A stretch of DNA of 64,000 nucleotides from an uncultured Pseudomonadales bacterium (GTDB lineage Bacteria; Patescibacteriota; Microgenomatia; UBA1400; UBA1449). The notes below the pieces were generated by a model, which was not told the DNA's origin, did no database searches, and saw nothing but the letters and a program-made list of their open reading frames with translations. The position numbers were made by a program, and so were the translations under genes. Positions 9,642-21,310 of this stretch are shown here, in pieces. Numbering within the stretch: the stretch's first letter is position 1; every line of letters starts with the position of its first letter. Where the stretch lies: the NCBI GenBank assembly GCA_964386355.1, contig CAYLQQ010000003.1:5880-69879 (forward strand). The letters run 5' to 3'.

Positions 9642-9878
9642 CTAAATAAGGTATTCCAAAAAAGTGATAAAGCCATTAAAAATAGAACGAAGAATGGGAA
9701 TAGATGCTGGAAGCAAAATAATAAGTAATATCAACCATAGTATATTACGTTTTATAAGGTCCAAAAACCAAAACACAAGCGTTAAAAACAGGATCAGGGA
9801 AATAATCCACTGGACTCCCGGTGGAAATATACTAATAAAATTGTCATATATGGAAATAAGTTGGTCAAAGAGTGCCAT
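9642..9878 (-). CDS. Small membrane protein
   Basis: MALFDQLISIYDNF... with two hydrophobic segments; start set at ATG 9878 rather than the longer ORF-track start. Confidence 0.6.
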   Translation of the reverse strand: MALFDQLISIYDNFISIFPPGVQWIISLILFLTLVFWFLDLIKRNILWLILLIILLPASIPILRSIFNGFITFLEYLI

Positions 9879-9988
9879 AAGTACAACAGAAACAAAATGT
9901 AATACTGATACCCGAAATGGTATTGTACTCAGTATATCACGCCAATTTAAAAACACATGAGGTTTGGGTAATATCCGTATGAAAAAAC

Positions 9989-10182
9989 CTATTTCGCGTA
10001 GCTCTCCAGATACCCACAAGTTTTACACCTTAGGGTTATAATTTTTTTCTCGTTTTCCATATTTCCAAACAGTAATCCCATCTTTGTTCCCCATATCTGG
10101 GTTCCGCAATGCGTGCCAGAGCTTTTTGTTACCCCCCCTCCATCTCTCCTCCACACTTTGGACATTTTAATATATCTACCAT
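9989..10182 (-). pseudogene. Small zinc-ribbon protein frameshifted in a G7 tract
   Basis: SD AAGGAG; MVDILKCPKCGGEMEGG then stop. Adding one G in the run at 10132-10138 gives ...GVTKSSG...ITLRCKTCGYLESYAK, with two CxxC pairs. Confidence 0.7.
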
Positions 10183-10267
10183 ATGTTCTCCTTTAACATG
10201 TGATTGTAATTTTTTGCAACTTATAACCTATTACTTATAACTATCCCATTATATCCTTTTTGCCATC

Positions 10268-10290
10268 AAAAAACCCGCTCGTGGCGGGTC
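10268..10290 (-). terminator. Intrinsic terminator downstream of 5S rRNA
   Basis: ACCCGC-cacga-GCGGGT followed by TTTTT on the minus strand. Confidence 0.7.
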
Positions 10291-10376
10291 ATCAGATAAT
10301 TAAGATTTATCTTAGCTATCTTTTCCTTAAATTCTTATCTTCCTAAATTCGTTGATTCTTGTTTTTTGATTTCCCT

Positions 10377-10497
10377 GTTCCGGTCTCGGCTTATTTTCAC
10401 AAAAGCTTGTGCTATCACTATCGTCAGCGCTGGAGCGTTTCAAGACTCTGTTCGGAATGGGAAGAGTTGGTACCACCCCGCTTCAGAAACCGGAACA
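10377..10497 (-). rRNA. rrf: 5S rRNA (ends approximate)
   Basis: Terminal helix GTTCCGG/CCGGAAC, conserved CCCATTCCGAAC loop, position after 23S. Confidence 0.85.
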
Positions 10498-10529
10498 CGA
10501 AAATCAAAATGACAAAGTGCGTTCTACTT

Positions 10530-10628
10530 TGTCATCCTGAAACCGACGCAATAGCAGTCGATATTCAGGATCTATAGAAATAACTACTATAGATTCCGGA
10601 TAAGGCTAAGGCCTTTACCGGAATGACA
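10530..10628. repeat. Multi-hairpin palindromic (REP-like) element in the 23S-5S spacer
   Basis: Outer TGTCAT/ATGACA enclosing the hairpins TCCTGAA/TTCAGGA, ATCTATAG/CTATAGAT and TCCGG/CCGGA. Confidence 0.6.
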
Positions 10629-10996
10629 TTTCAACTTTTAGTCCTTCAAAAAGTGAATAGAAGTTTTTTCATAATTGCTTTAAAAAGATCACAAGCAATT
10701 TCTTTCATCGATCGATACGTATCTGCTTAGCTTAATGCATTACTGCACGTACACCCGCAGTCGTTATACCTGGTGTTCTACCAGGGATCTCTCTCCCGAT
10801 AAATCGGGAATGGATTCCTCATCTTGGGATCGGCTTCCCGCTTCAGATGCTTTCAGCGGTTATCCGTTGGCAATGTAGCTATCCAGCCATGCCGCTGACG
10901 CGACAACTGGCGTACTAGGGATTGCCTCACCCCGGTCCTCTCGTACTAGGGGCAACTTCCCTCAAGAATCCTGCGCATACACCGGATAGAGACCGA

Positions 10997-11822
10997 CATT
11001 ATTGTTATTTCAAAAATTTGAAAGTAAGCTACTTTGGTGCTTACTCCTCACATCACTATGAGGGTCCGACCATATCTTTACCAATTTATATTGATATCTG
11101 ACGTATGGCCTGTGAGGATTCTAAGGTATATGATTTCACAATTTCGTTCTTTGAAAATTTACGTTTACCTGTATTCATCGCTAAACTTATATCTATAATT
11201 TGTTCAATTCCTGCTCTAGTTAAATGTTTTTTGACACTCACCAGATTAAGAACTTGTTCAAACTGTTCACAAGCTTTGCGCTTAATGATAAGTTTATCCT
11301 TTACAAAAGGTAAAACTTTGGTTTGTAAACTTTTCAAATCCCGAACTACAAATGCAAGTGATTTATCTGAAAAATAATCTTTCTTGTGGTTTAGTTTTAC
11401 ATAACCGCAGTCAAGCCGCTTCTGTAAATAATCTAATACCATTTTACCTTGAGGGTTCTGAGATACTTTAAAAAAATAAATAACTTGCCAACCTGTTTTA
11501 GTTTCTTTGGCTGGCACAATACTTACATAAAACATCCCTTCCCCTTCAATAAAACCTCTCAGATACTCATCACTTATCTGTAGACTCATATACTCTAGTC
11601 TTTCCTGCTGATTGTCTTGCTCGCATATCCGAAGCGAACCAGCATACATTTTTACTAGTATATAAAATATATACTAAGTAGTCTGCTGTTATCAAGATGT
11701 TCCAGCATATAGTCAGATTTATATCCCTAAATTCTAATATTTGGACAAAAAGAAAAAAATTAAACGAGACATCGATAGGGAGAGACAGTTCGAATGTCAC
11801 CACCAAATGTTAAAGGTGGTCA
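10997..11822 (-). mobile_element. Group I intron in 23S rRNA, inserted after E. coli-equivalent position ~2604
   Basis: Interrupts GAGACAGC|TCGGTC and ends in G. Core elements: P (ATATGCTGGAA), Q (AATCAGCAGG), R (CCTCACAGGCCATA), S (AAGATATGGTCG). Confidence 0.88.
11086..11589 (-). CDS. Single-motif LAGLIDADG homing endonuclease (intron-encoded)
   Basis: YLRGFIEGEGMF motif, FKVSQ, LDCGYV, KKHLTRAG; lies between the Q and R elements and overlaps R. Confidence 0.92.
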   Translation of the reverse strand: MSLQISDEYLRGFIEGEGMFYVSIVPAKETKTGWQVIYFFKVSQNPQGKMVLDYLQKRLDCGYVKLNHKKDYFSDKSLAFVVRDLKSLQTKVLPFVKDKLIIKRKACEQFEQVLNLVSVKKHLTRAGIEQIIDISLAMNTGKRKFSKNEIVKSYTLESSQAIRQISI

Positions 11823-11969
11823 GCTGTCTCACGACGCTCTGAACCCAGCTCACGTAGCGTTTTAATGGGCGAACAGACCAACCCTTGGGACCTTCTACAG
11901 CCCCAGGATACGCTGAGCCGACATCGTGGTGCCAAACCGCGCCGTCGCTGTGGACGCTTGGGCGCGATC

Positions 11970-12000
<31 letters not shown>

Positions 12001-14609
12001 ATAAGCTCCGTGTGTTCCATGCCACAACGGAGGATCACTATGACCGACTTTCGTCCCTGCTCCACTTGTAAGTGTCACAGTCAAGCATGCTTCATGCCAT
12101 TATACATACACTGCGATTTCCATCCGCAGCAAGCATACCTTTGTACGTTTGCGGTACAATTTAGCAAACCAGCGCCCCACTGAAACTGCCCATCAAACAC
12201 TGTCCCTTTTGCGGTTAGCAAATAGGTGAGAATTATTTAATTCCAAGAGCGGTATTCCACTGACCGATTCCGATAAATCGGAACCGTCCCGCCTATTCTC
12301 GACAATAAAACTAAATAATTCAATGCCAGACTGCAGTAAAGCTCCACGGGGTCTTTTTGTCCAGGTGTATGTAGGCCGCATCTTCACAGCCATTGCAATC
12401 TTCGCCGAGTCGATGGTCAAGACAGTTCTCAAGTCATTACACCTTTCGTGCGCGTCGGAACTTACCCGACAAGGTACTTCGCTACCATAGAACAGTTATA
12501 GTTACTGCTGCCGTTCACCGGGGCTTCGATGAGAAGCAAGATGGACCTTACGGCCCAACCACTCCCGCACTTAACCTTCCGGCACTGGGCAGGCCTCAGC
12601 CCGTATACATCAGCTTTCGCTTTAGCACAGACCTGTGTTTTTGTTAAACAGTTGCTTGAGATTCGTTTGTTGCAGCCCCTATTGCTAGAGGCAGGACATC
12701 TACCGAAGGTACGTCCAGCTAATTTGCCTAGTTCCTTAACCATCGTTCTCTCGCTCGTCTTGGTCTACTCGACCTTCCCACCTGTGTCGGTTTTAGTACG
12801 GATAGAAAACGTACGTTTTAGAGGTTTTTCTTGGAAATATAAAAGTTCAAGGTTAATCCCGACAAGTCGGGACTTCCCCATACAGCTCGTGTAAACGCCA
12901 TGGCGGATTTACCTACCACGACTGCCTCGCTGTCCGGACCGCAATTCAATAAGCGGCCTTGGCTCTCACGTTTCGTCACCCCATCAACATAGTACGTCTC
13001 CCAGTACAGGAATATTAACCTGTTGTCCATCAGCTACGCCAATTGGCCTCGCCTTAGGGCCGACTCACCCGTTCTCGACGACCGTTGGAACGGAAACCTT
13101 GGGATTTCGACGGAAAAGATTCTCACTTTTCTTTCGCTACTCATACTAGCATTCTCACTTGATGCCGCTCCAGCCAGCCTTACAGCCAACCTTCACTGCT
13201 GACATCAACGCTCCCCTACCACTCCTCATCTTGCGATAAGAAATCTCTAATTTCGGTATACTGCTTAACTCTCGTGAAATTTTCGGTGCCTTCCATCCAA
13301 ATCGACTAGTAAGCTGTTACGCTATTTTTAAAGGATGGCTGCTTCTAAGCCGACCTCCTAGCTGTTTAAGATGAAAAACTCCCTTCCTGTATTAACAGTA
13401 ATTTTGAGACCTTAATTGAGAGTCTGGGATGTTTCCCTTTTGCCCATGGAGCTTAGCCCCCACAGACTAACTCTTTATAGTTGTCATCGGTATTCGGAGT
13501 TTGGTTGAGTACCAGGCCACAAGGACCAAGCACCCATCCAGTAGCTCTACCTCCAATGACACAAGATTAAAAGGCTATGCCTAAACATATTTCGGGGAGA
13601 ACCAGCTATCTCCAGGTACGATAAGTATTTTGCTCCGACCCACAAGTCATCCAAAAAGTTTTCAGCCTTAACTGGTGCGGGCCTCCCTCCGATATTACTC
13701 GAAGTTCACCCTGCTCATGGGTAGCTCACCTGGTTTCGGGTCTGCCACATACTGCTGATTCGGGCTATTCACCCTCGCTTTCACTACGCCTTCCCCTTAT
13801 AAAGGGTTAGACTTGCAATATATGAGCAACTCGCTAGTTCATTCTTCAATAGGCACGCGATCATCCCGATTTGCATCGGGACTCTCACTGTTTGTTAGCA
13901 GACAATTTCAGGTTCTATTTCACTGGGTCTCTCACCCTTCTTTTCACCTTTCCCTCACGGTACTTGTACGCTATCGGTAGTTTCAAGTATTTAGCCTTAC
14001 CCCATGGTCGGGGTAGATTCCTCCCGAAGTTTACCGTCTTCTGGAGTACTCAGGATACTTCTAGGGTCATCTCGTCTTTAAAATACAGGGCTGTCACCTT
14101 CTATGGCTCGCCGTTCCAGGCTATTCTTCTAGATTTGATAATCCCATATTGAAGTCCTACAACCTCCTGCATAAATGCAGAATTTGGGCTGTTTCCTATT
14201 CGCTCGTCGCTACTAAGGAAATCTCATTCGATTTATATTCCTCTGGTTACTTAGATATTTCAGTTCACCAGGTTACCATCATCAATCACAAGGATTGACG
14301 ATCATCCCACTTGCGTAGGATGGGGTTTCCCCATTCGGAGACCACCGGGTTATAGGTTGTTGGTACCTAACCGGTGCGTTTCGCCACCAACCGCGTCCTT
14401 CTTCGGCTTGAAACTCCAAGGCATCTGTTGTCTGCTTGAGTAAAAGAAATTGTTCATGAATCTTTTCAAAGCGTTATATGAACGATTGCATATACATACA
14501 TATATACACTTTACTTCTATTCACTTTTTAAAGAACCAAATTGTGCTGTTTCACAGCTTCAGGACAAGTCCGTTCGACTCACCCTGTTCTGAGAACCAAC
14601 AGTATTTAG

Positions 14610-14682
14610 TGGACCTGAGGAGGCTCGAACTCCTTGCCTCTACATTGCAAATGTAGCGCTCTACCAGGTGAGCTACAGGCCC
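14610..14682 (-). tRNA. tRNA-Ala(TGC)
   Basis: GGGCCTGTAGCTCA...CTACATTTGCAATGTAG...GTTCGAG...CAGGTCCA; G3-U70 pair. Confidence 0.95.
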
Positions 14683-14733
14683 AAAGTTCAAACCATTCCT
14701 AAGCACTTCATAAGGCTAAAAAGAGCTATTAAC

Positions 14734-14759
14734 TAAAAAAGTCTCCCTGAGGAGACTTT
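14734..14759 (-). terminator. Terminator-like hairpin in the leader of tRNA-Ala/23S
   Basis: AAAGTCTCC-tca-GGGAGACTTTTTTT on the minus strand. Confidence 0.6.
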
Positions 14760-14874
14760 GAAACAAACCACTAATACACAGTTTTACCTTATGAAAAATT
14801 TCTGTGTATAAAAATGGATGTCTTTATTCAAAATCATTTTCCTCATGAAATAACTGCCTTTTATGGCAAATGGT

Positions 14875-14904
14875 ATTTTAACAGAGACTTACCTCCCGCG
14901 TCAA
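14875..14904 (-). promoter_or_regulatory. Promoter for tRNA-Ala-23S-5S
   Basis: TTGACG-18 nt-TAAAAT with extended TG; the TGTTAAAATACC core is shared with the 16S promoter. Confidence 0.65.
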
Positions 14905-15200
14905 ATGGTATTTATAGTTGATGCGAAGATAATTAATACCACTCCTAATAACAACTCAATACCCAATATAACAAATGATGCTTGATTTAACCATTTAGCT
15001 GTTGTGGGGTATATCTTTTTTAGGGAGTAATAGTATATTGCACCCGCCAATACAGGAGAGAATATCATCGTCACTATTGCCCATGCTTTCTGTCCGCGAT
15101 TTAGCACTCCGTTTTGCTTTTTTATTTTTGATAAAAGGAAAAAAGCAGATAAAGTAAAAAATAGACCAATAGTGCGGATTAAAACACTATAATCTTCCAT
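14901..15200 (-). CDS. Small membrane protein inside the 16S-23S spacer
   Basis: MEDYSVLIRT... with three hydrophobic segments. Confidence 0.65.
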   Translation of the reverse strand: MEDYSVLIRTIGLFFTLSAFFLLSKIKKQNGVLNRGQKAWAIVTMIFSPVLAGAIYYYSLKKIYPTTAKWLNQASFVILGIELLLGVVLIIFASTINTI

Positions 15201-15230
15201 GCTGATTATTTTGAAGTAATATTTTGACAA

Positions 15231-15300
15231 TGGGTGACCATGGTTTGTAAACCAAGTACCCCAAGGCTTACCAAACCGCAGTGCTCTACCAATTGAACCG
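15231..15300 (-). pseudogene. Degenerate tandem copy of tRNA-Ile
   Basis: Shares AAACCATGGTCACCCA (3' end) and TCAATTGGTAGAGC with the adjacent tRNA-Ile; anticodon and T arms are disrupted. Confidence 0.7.
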
Positions 15301-15326
15301 CTCTGTCAATCAAGACTATTATTAAG

Positions 15327-15399
15327 TGGGTGACCATGGTTTCGAACCATGTACCTCAGTCTTATCAGGACTGCGCTCTACCAATTGAGCTAGTCACCC
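15327..15399 (-). tRNA. tRNA-Ile(GAT)
   Basis: GGGTGACTAGCTCAATTGGTAGAGC-CAGTC-CTGATAA-GACTG...GGTTCGAAACC...GTCACCCA. Confidence 0.95.
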
Positions 15400-15785
15400 A
15401 TAAATACATTTTGTTATATAACAAAGAGCGTCTTTATTATCCTAGTTTTTCTTACCTTTACAATTGATACTTAACTCTTTGAGTTAAGTACGTCCTCACA
15501 GTCCAGGCTATTCACCCAACACAACCACGTATTTTACCAAATTTCCCATCATTTTGTATTCACAAGTTTTAAGGCCTATACACTCTTTTAAATACATAAG
15601 AGTATTTTTCTTTAGACAGGTAAATCAGAGATGCCTTAATGTTTATGTAAGTTTGATAAGAAATTGATATATCTGTTCTTTTAACAATCTAACTATCCGT
15701 ATTCTCTTTTTCATCCTCTTTTCATACTCTTGGGTTAAAGTAATACATATACTATTACATTATTTATATAAGTTAGGAGAACAGT

Positions 15786-16388
15786 ATGCCATTTACCATT
15801 GACCCCCTTCCATACTCATCAGATGCACTAGAGCCCTTTATTGATAAAGAAACTATGCTCCTACATCACGACAAACACCACCAAACATATGCTGATAAAC
15901 TAAATTTAGCTTTGGAAAAATACCCTAAATTATATGAACAGTCACTGGAAAGTCTACTTTCTAATCTGGAAACGGTTCCAACTGATATCCGCACGTCTGT
16001 GAAAAACCATGGTGGTGGCGTTCACAACCACAACCTGTTTTGGAAGATGCTTGCACCAAAGCAGGAAGCAAGCGAAACAATCAAACAAGCTTTGTCTCAA
16101 TCATTTGGAAGTTTTGAGCAGTTTAAAGATCAGTTTGCCCAATCGGCTTTAAACCATTTTGGAAGCGGGTGGGCTTGGCTTGTCAAAGATACCGCTGGAA
16201 AACTTAAAATCTATTCACTTCCCAATCAAGACAGTCCTCTAAGCCAAGGTGATATACCCATTTTGGCTTTGGATGTCTGGGAACATGCCTACTATCTAAA
16301 ATATCAAAATAGAAGAGTTGAATATATCCAAACTTGGTGGAACGTAGTAAATTGGATTACTGTTGAGATAAGACTTAGGGAAGGATAA
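15786..16388 (+). CDS. sodA: Fe/Mn superoxide dismutase
   Basis: HHDKHHQTY, HGGGVHNH, FGSGWAWL, DVWEHAYY; AGGAG SD. Confidence 0.95.
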   Translation: MPFTIDPLPYSSDALEPFIDKETMLLHHDKHHQTYADKLNLALEKYPKLYEQSLESLLSNLETVPTDIRTSVKNHGGGVHNHNLFWKMLAPKQEASETIKQALSQSFGSFEQFKDQFAQSALNHFGSGWAWLVKDTAGKLKIYSLPNQDSPLSQGDIPILALDVWEHAYYLKYQNRRVEYIQTWWNVVNWITVEIRLREG

Positions 16389-16414
16389 AATCATGTCTGA
16401 GCTGGTTCTAAATC

Positions 16415-16675
16415 CTACAGATCGCTAATCCAGGGTGGATCATCATCATAACCAATCAGCTGCCCATTTTTTAAAACCCAATTAGTATCCCCTTTCGGGC
16501 CATAGATAAGCCTTCCGTCTTCATTGTCTAACTTACTATCCTCATCAAGAATGTAATAGCCGGTATATCCATTGGGGCCATAAATGTATTTCTCATCTTT
16601 AATATATGTATTGGTATACCCCTTACCAGCTCCATAAATATAACTTCCACGGATTGTATAATCATCATTCGCCAT
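16415..16675 (-). CDS. Hypothetical small protein with YIYG repeats
   Basis: MANDDYTIRGSYIYG...YIYGPNG...LIYGPKG; start taken at ATG 16675. Confidence 0.6.
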   Translation of the reverse strand: MANDDYTIRGSYIYGAGKGYTNTYIKDEKYIYGPNGYTGYYILDEDSKLDNEDGRLIYGPKGDTNWVLKNGQLIGYDDDPPWISDL

Positions 16676-16733
16676 TAGGGTAACGTAGTTCATAATAAAG
16701 ATAAATAGGTAAACATATATTAAGAAAACCAAC

Positions 16734-16763
16734 AAAAAAACCACCCTTATGAGGTGGTTTTTT
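16734..16763. terminator. Bidirectional intrinsic terminator downstream of 16S
   Basis: AAAAAAACCACC-cttatga-GGTGGTTTTTT. Confidence 0.8.
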
Positions 16764-16887
16764 AATTTGAAATACCCAAGACGTGGAAGAAAACTATTTC
16801 CGCTGATTTCTAGAGTTTGATTCTAGATATTTTTTCTACGCATTACTTTGTAGAGGAAAAACCCCGCGTGAGTGGGGAAACCAAACT

Positions 16888-18422
<1,535 letters not shown>

Positions 18423-18635
18423 ATTATGTGCTTACGCACCTAATTACTGAGTAAAAAAAAGAAATCAACAGAGTTAACCATTCCCTAGACCCGACAAGTC
18501 GGGTTGTAGAATGATCGTTTTCTTCCACATCTTGAGATTCAAAATGTGGATTGAGTATTGTATTCAATTTTCAAAGAACAAGTGTCTCTCTTTTTGGGTT
18601 CTCAGTCTGCACGGCCGGGATCCCTTAAGATAAAC

Positions 18636-18656
18636 AAAAAACCCACCAGAGTGGGC
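18636..18656 (-). terminator. Terminator-like hairpin in the 16S leader
   Basis: GCCCAC-tctg-GTGGGT followed by TTTTT on the minus strand. Confidence 0.55.
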
Positions 18657-18726
18657 TTTAGCTAACATCACTTCTGGTTAAGGGCTTTATGACATAATCA
18701 AAATTACTTTTTTCAAAGCAATGGGT

Positions 18727-18755
18727 ATTTTAACAAAACCGTTTGCCTAAATCAA
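18727..18755 (-). promoter_or_regulatory. 16S rRNA promoter
   Basis: TTGATT-17 nt-TAAAAT with extended TG. Confidence 0.65.
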
Positions 18756-18780
18756 GCCTCAAACAAGCGAGATTACGTCC

Positions 18781-20007
18781 CTATACGATTATCCCTCCCC
18801 CAACGACAATATAATCAGATATTGTCGTTTTTTCTGCATCATTTAAGACTTTTTGATATAAAACTGCACTCTGTCCCGGGCTAACCCCAAACTCAGGTTT
18901 TCTCAATATCGCCTGCCACGAATTTTGATCAAGTTGAACTAAGTCAACTGGTAAAAGCTCGCCGGTATTCCGTATACGAACATACATTTCTGCCGATTCA
19001 GCTTGTGTTACCCTCTCACGTACCTTCATGTGTGTAATTTTAAATGCTAGCTTTTCTGCTTCTTTTCTCTCTCCCACCACCACCACATTCTCTTTTGGTC
19101 TAATTTCAATCACATACAACTTGGGCATATTGGTAAGGTCAAAACGTTCTCTAATTTTGACTTTTGACTCCTCATTTTGCTTCGCTTCGGGAACTATAGT
19201 TTGACTTTTGACGATCCATCTCCAGCTTCCCCTTTTACCCACGGTAAACAGGTAGTATCCATCGTGCTCCCCAACCACCGTTCCGTCACAGAGCTGTACC
19301 TCCCCCTTCATCACCCCAAACTGTTCTTTGAGAAACTGGGGTACATTTATATCACCGACAAAACATATCCCCATCGAATCTTTTTTTTCTGCTACAGGCA
19401 AATTTTGTTCTCTAGCTATCTCTCTCACTTCTGATTTTAAGTAGTTACTCAAGGGAAATAGGACATGTTCCAACCTCTTACTCGACACCTGGTATAAAAA
19501 GTATGTCTGATCCTTTTTAAGGTCTCTAGGGGTATGAAGTATGTAGTATGAAGTGTGGTTTTTTTCATCAGTATTCTGTACTTGTTTCTCCCCATTGTTC
19601 TTTCTTCTTACTTCATACTTCTTGATCCCCGCATAATGTCCCGTTGCCACATATTCATAGCCCTGTTTTCTAGCCCAATCGTAAAACAAACCAAATTTAA
19701 TCACGTTGTTACATAAAATATCAGGATTTGGTGCCCTCCCAGCTTTATATTCTTCAAAAAAGTAGGTAAGTACTTGGTCCTTATACTCTTTTCTAAAATC
19801 TAAAACCTGAAATGGTATACCCAGATGCAGTGCAACTTTTAGCGCGTCTTCCCTGTCCTGCTCAGCTCTGCAGCCCGTTTCACCCCAGCACTGGATATAG
19901 GCAGCAGAAACATCATACCCTTGTTTTTTTAACAGATATGCACAAACCGCCGAATCAACACCGCCTGACAAACCTAGTATCACTTTATTTTTACTATGGG
20001 TCTTCAT
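18781..20007 (-). CDS. mnmA: tRNA 2-thiouridylase MnmA
   Basis: SGGVDS, PNPDILCN, ATGHYA, KDQTYFL, DSMGICF, PGQSAV. Confidence 0.95.
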   Translation of the reverse strand: MKTHSKNKVILGLSGGVDSAVCAYLLKKQGYDVSAAYIQCWGETGCRAEQDREDALKVALHLGIPFQVLDFRKEYKDQVLTYFFEEYKAGRAPNPDILCNNVIKFGLFYDWARKQGYEYVATGHYAGIKKYEVRRKNNGEKQVQNTDEKNHTSYYILHTPRDLKKDQTYFLYQVSSKRLEHVLFPLSNYLKSEVREIAREQNLPVAEKKDSMGICFVGDINVPQFLKEQFGVMKGEVQLCDGTVVGEHDGYYLFTVGKRGSWRWIVKSQTIVPEAKQNEESKVKIRERFDLTNMPKLYVIEIRPKENVVVVGERKEAEKLAFKITHMKVRERVTQAESAEMYVRIRNTGELLPVDLVQLDQNSWQAILRKPEFGVSPGQSAVLYQKVLNDAEKTTISDYIVVGGGIIV

Positions 20008-20242
20008 ATTATATGCTATAGGTCTTATATAGTATTATTTATTGATAATATATTATATTATAACCTGTACATGAAATGTGGATAAGTCTATAAATATTCA
20101 AATCTATAAACTTTAAATATCAAAGATTTTTAATTTTGACTATTAAACATTTGAGTTTTATTTTAAATATATTATCTGTTATTGCTCTTCCAACACACTT
20201 CCTTATATACTTAATACATTATACTAAATACTATTCTGACCT

Positions 20243-21298
20243 ATGAACTTTGACGAAATCGTTTCCCTCTTAGGTGACCAAGCCGAGTATCTCATGGCTC
20301 ACGAGTGCCATACTATAGAGAAGGATAGACTTACTCTTCCTGGCCCCGACTTCATTGATCGGGTATTTACCCACAGTGACCGCAGCAACAAGGTACTGAG
20401 AAGCCTCTCAGAGCTTTTTATGGCTGGCAGATTAGCAGGTACGGGCTACAGTTCGATACTTCCCATAGACCAAGGAATTGAACATAGTGCTGGAGCTGTT
20501 TTTTCAGATAACCCTGACTATTTTGATCCTGAAAACATTGTCAAGTTAGCTATAGAAGGCGGCTGTAATGCCGTAACTTCATCATTGGGAGTCCTGGGTT
20601 TAACTTCACGCAAATACGCCCACAAGATTCCGTTTATACTCAAAATTAACCATAATGAACTTTTGACTTACCCAAATAAGCATGATGAGATCCTCTTTGG
20701 TTCAGTTGACCAGGCATGGAACATGGGAGCAATTGGAGTTGGTGCCACTGTCTACTTTGGCTCACAAGAGTCAAACAGGCAGCTGCAAGAAATATCTAAG
20801 GTATTCCATCAAGCCCACGAAAGGGGTATGTTCACTATTCTCTGGTGCTATTTACGGAACCCTGAGTTCGTCAGGGATGGCACCGATTACCACACAAGCA
20901 CCGATACCACAGCCCAGGCTCTCCACCTTGCTGCATCGATAGAGGCAGACATCGTCAAGCAAAAACTGCCTACCAATAACCGTGCATTTCAAAACCTTAA
21001 TTTTGGCAAGTGGGATGAACGCATGTATACAGACCTATGTTCTGACCATCCGATTGATATGGTTCGCTACCAGGTTGCTAACGCTTATATGGGTAAAATT
21101 GGTCTCATTAACTCAGGCGGAGAGTCGGGTGATAACGACCTATTTGATGCCGTACGTGCAGCAGTAATAAATAAGAGAGCTGGGGGCATGGGTTTAATAT
21201 TAGGTCGCAAAGCTTTTAAGAAACCACTATCTGAGGGGATTGATATTCTCCATGCTGTGCAAGATGTATACCTGGAAAAGAAGGTGACTATCGCTTAG
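20243..21298 (+). CDS. fbaB: Class I fructose-bisphosphate aldolase (DhnA/FbaB)
   Basis: [25 protein letters not shown] (Schiff-base Lys), GRKAF. Confidence 0.93.
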   Translation: MNFDEIVSLLGDQAEYLMAHECHTIEKDRLTLPGPDFIDRVFTHSDRSNKVLRSLSELFMAGRLAGTGYSSILPIDQGIEHSAGAVFSDNPDYFDPENIVKLAIEGGCNAVTSSLGVLGLTSRKYAHKIPFILKINHNELLTYPNKHDEILFGSVDQAWNMGAIGVGATVYFGSQESNRQLQEISKVFHQAHERGMFTILWCYLRNPEFVRDGTDYHTSTDTTAQALHLAASIEADIVKQKLPTNNRAFQNLNFGKWDERMYTDLCSDHPIDMVRYQVANAYMGKIGLINSGGESGDNDLFDAVRAAVINKRAGGMGLILGRKAFKKPLSEGIDILHAVQDVYLEKKVTIA

Positions 21299-21310
21299 TG
21301 TCACTTGGTG

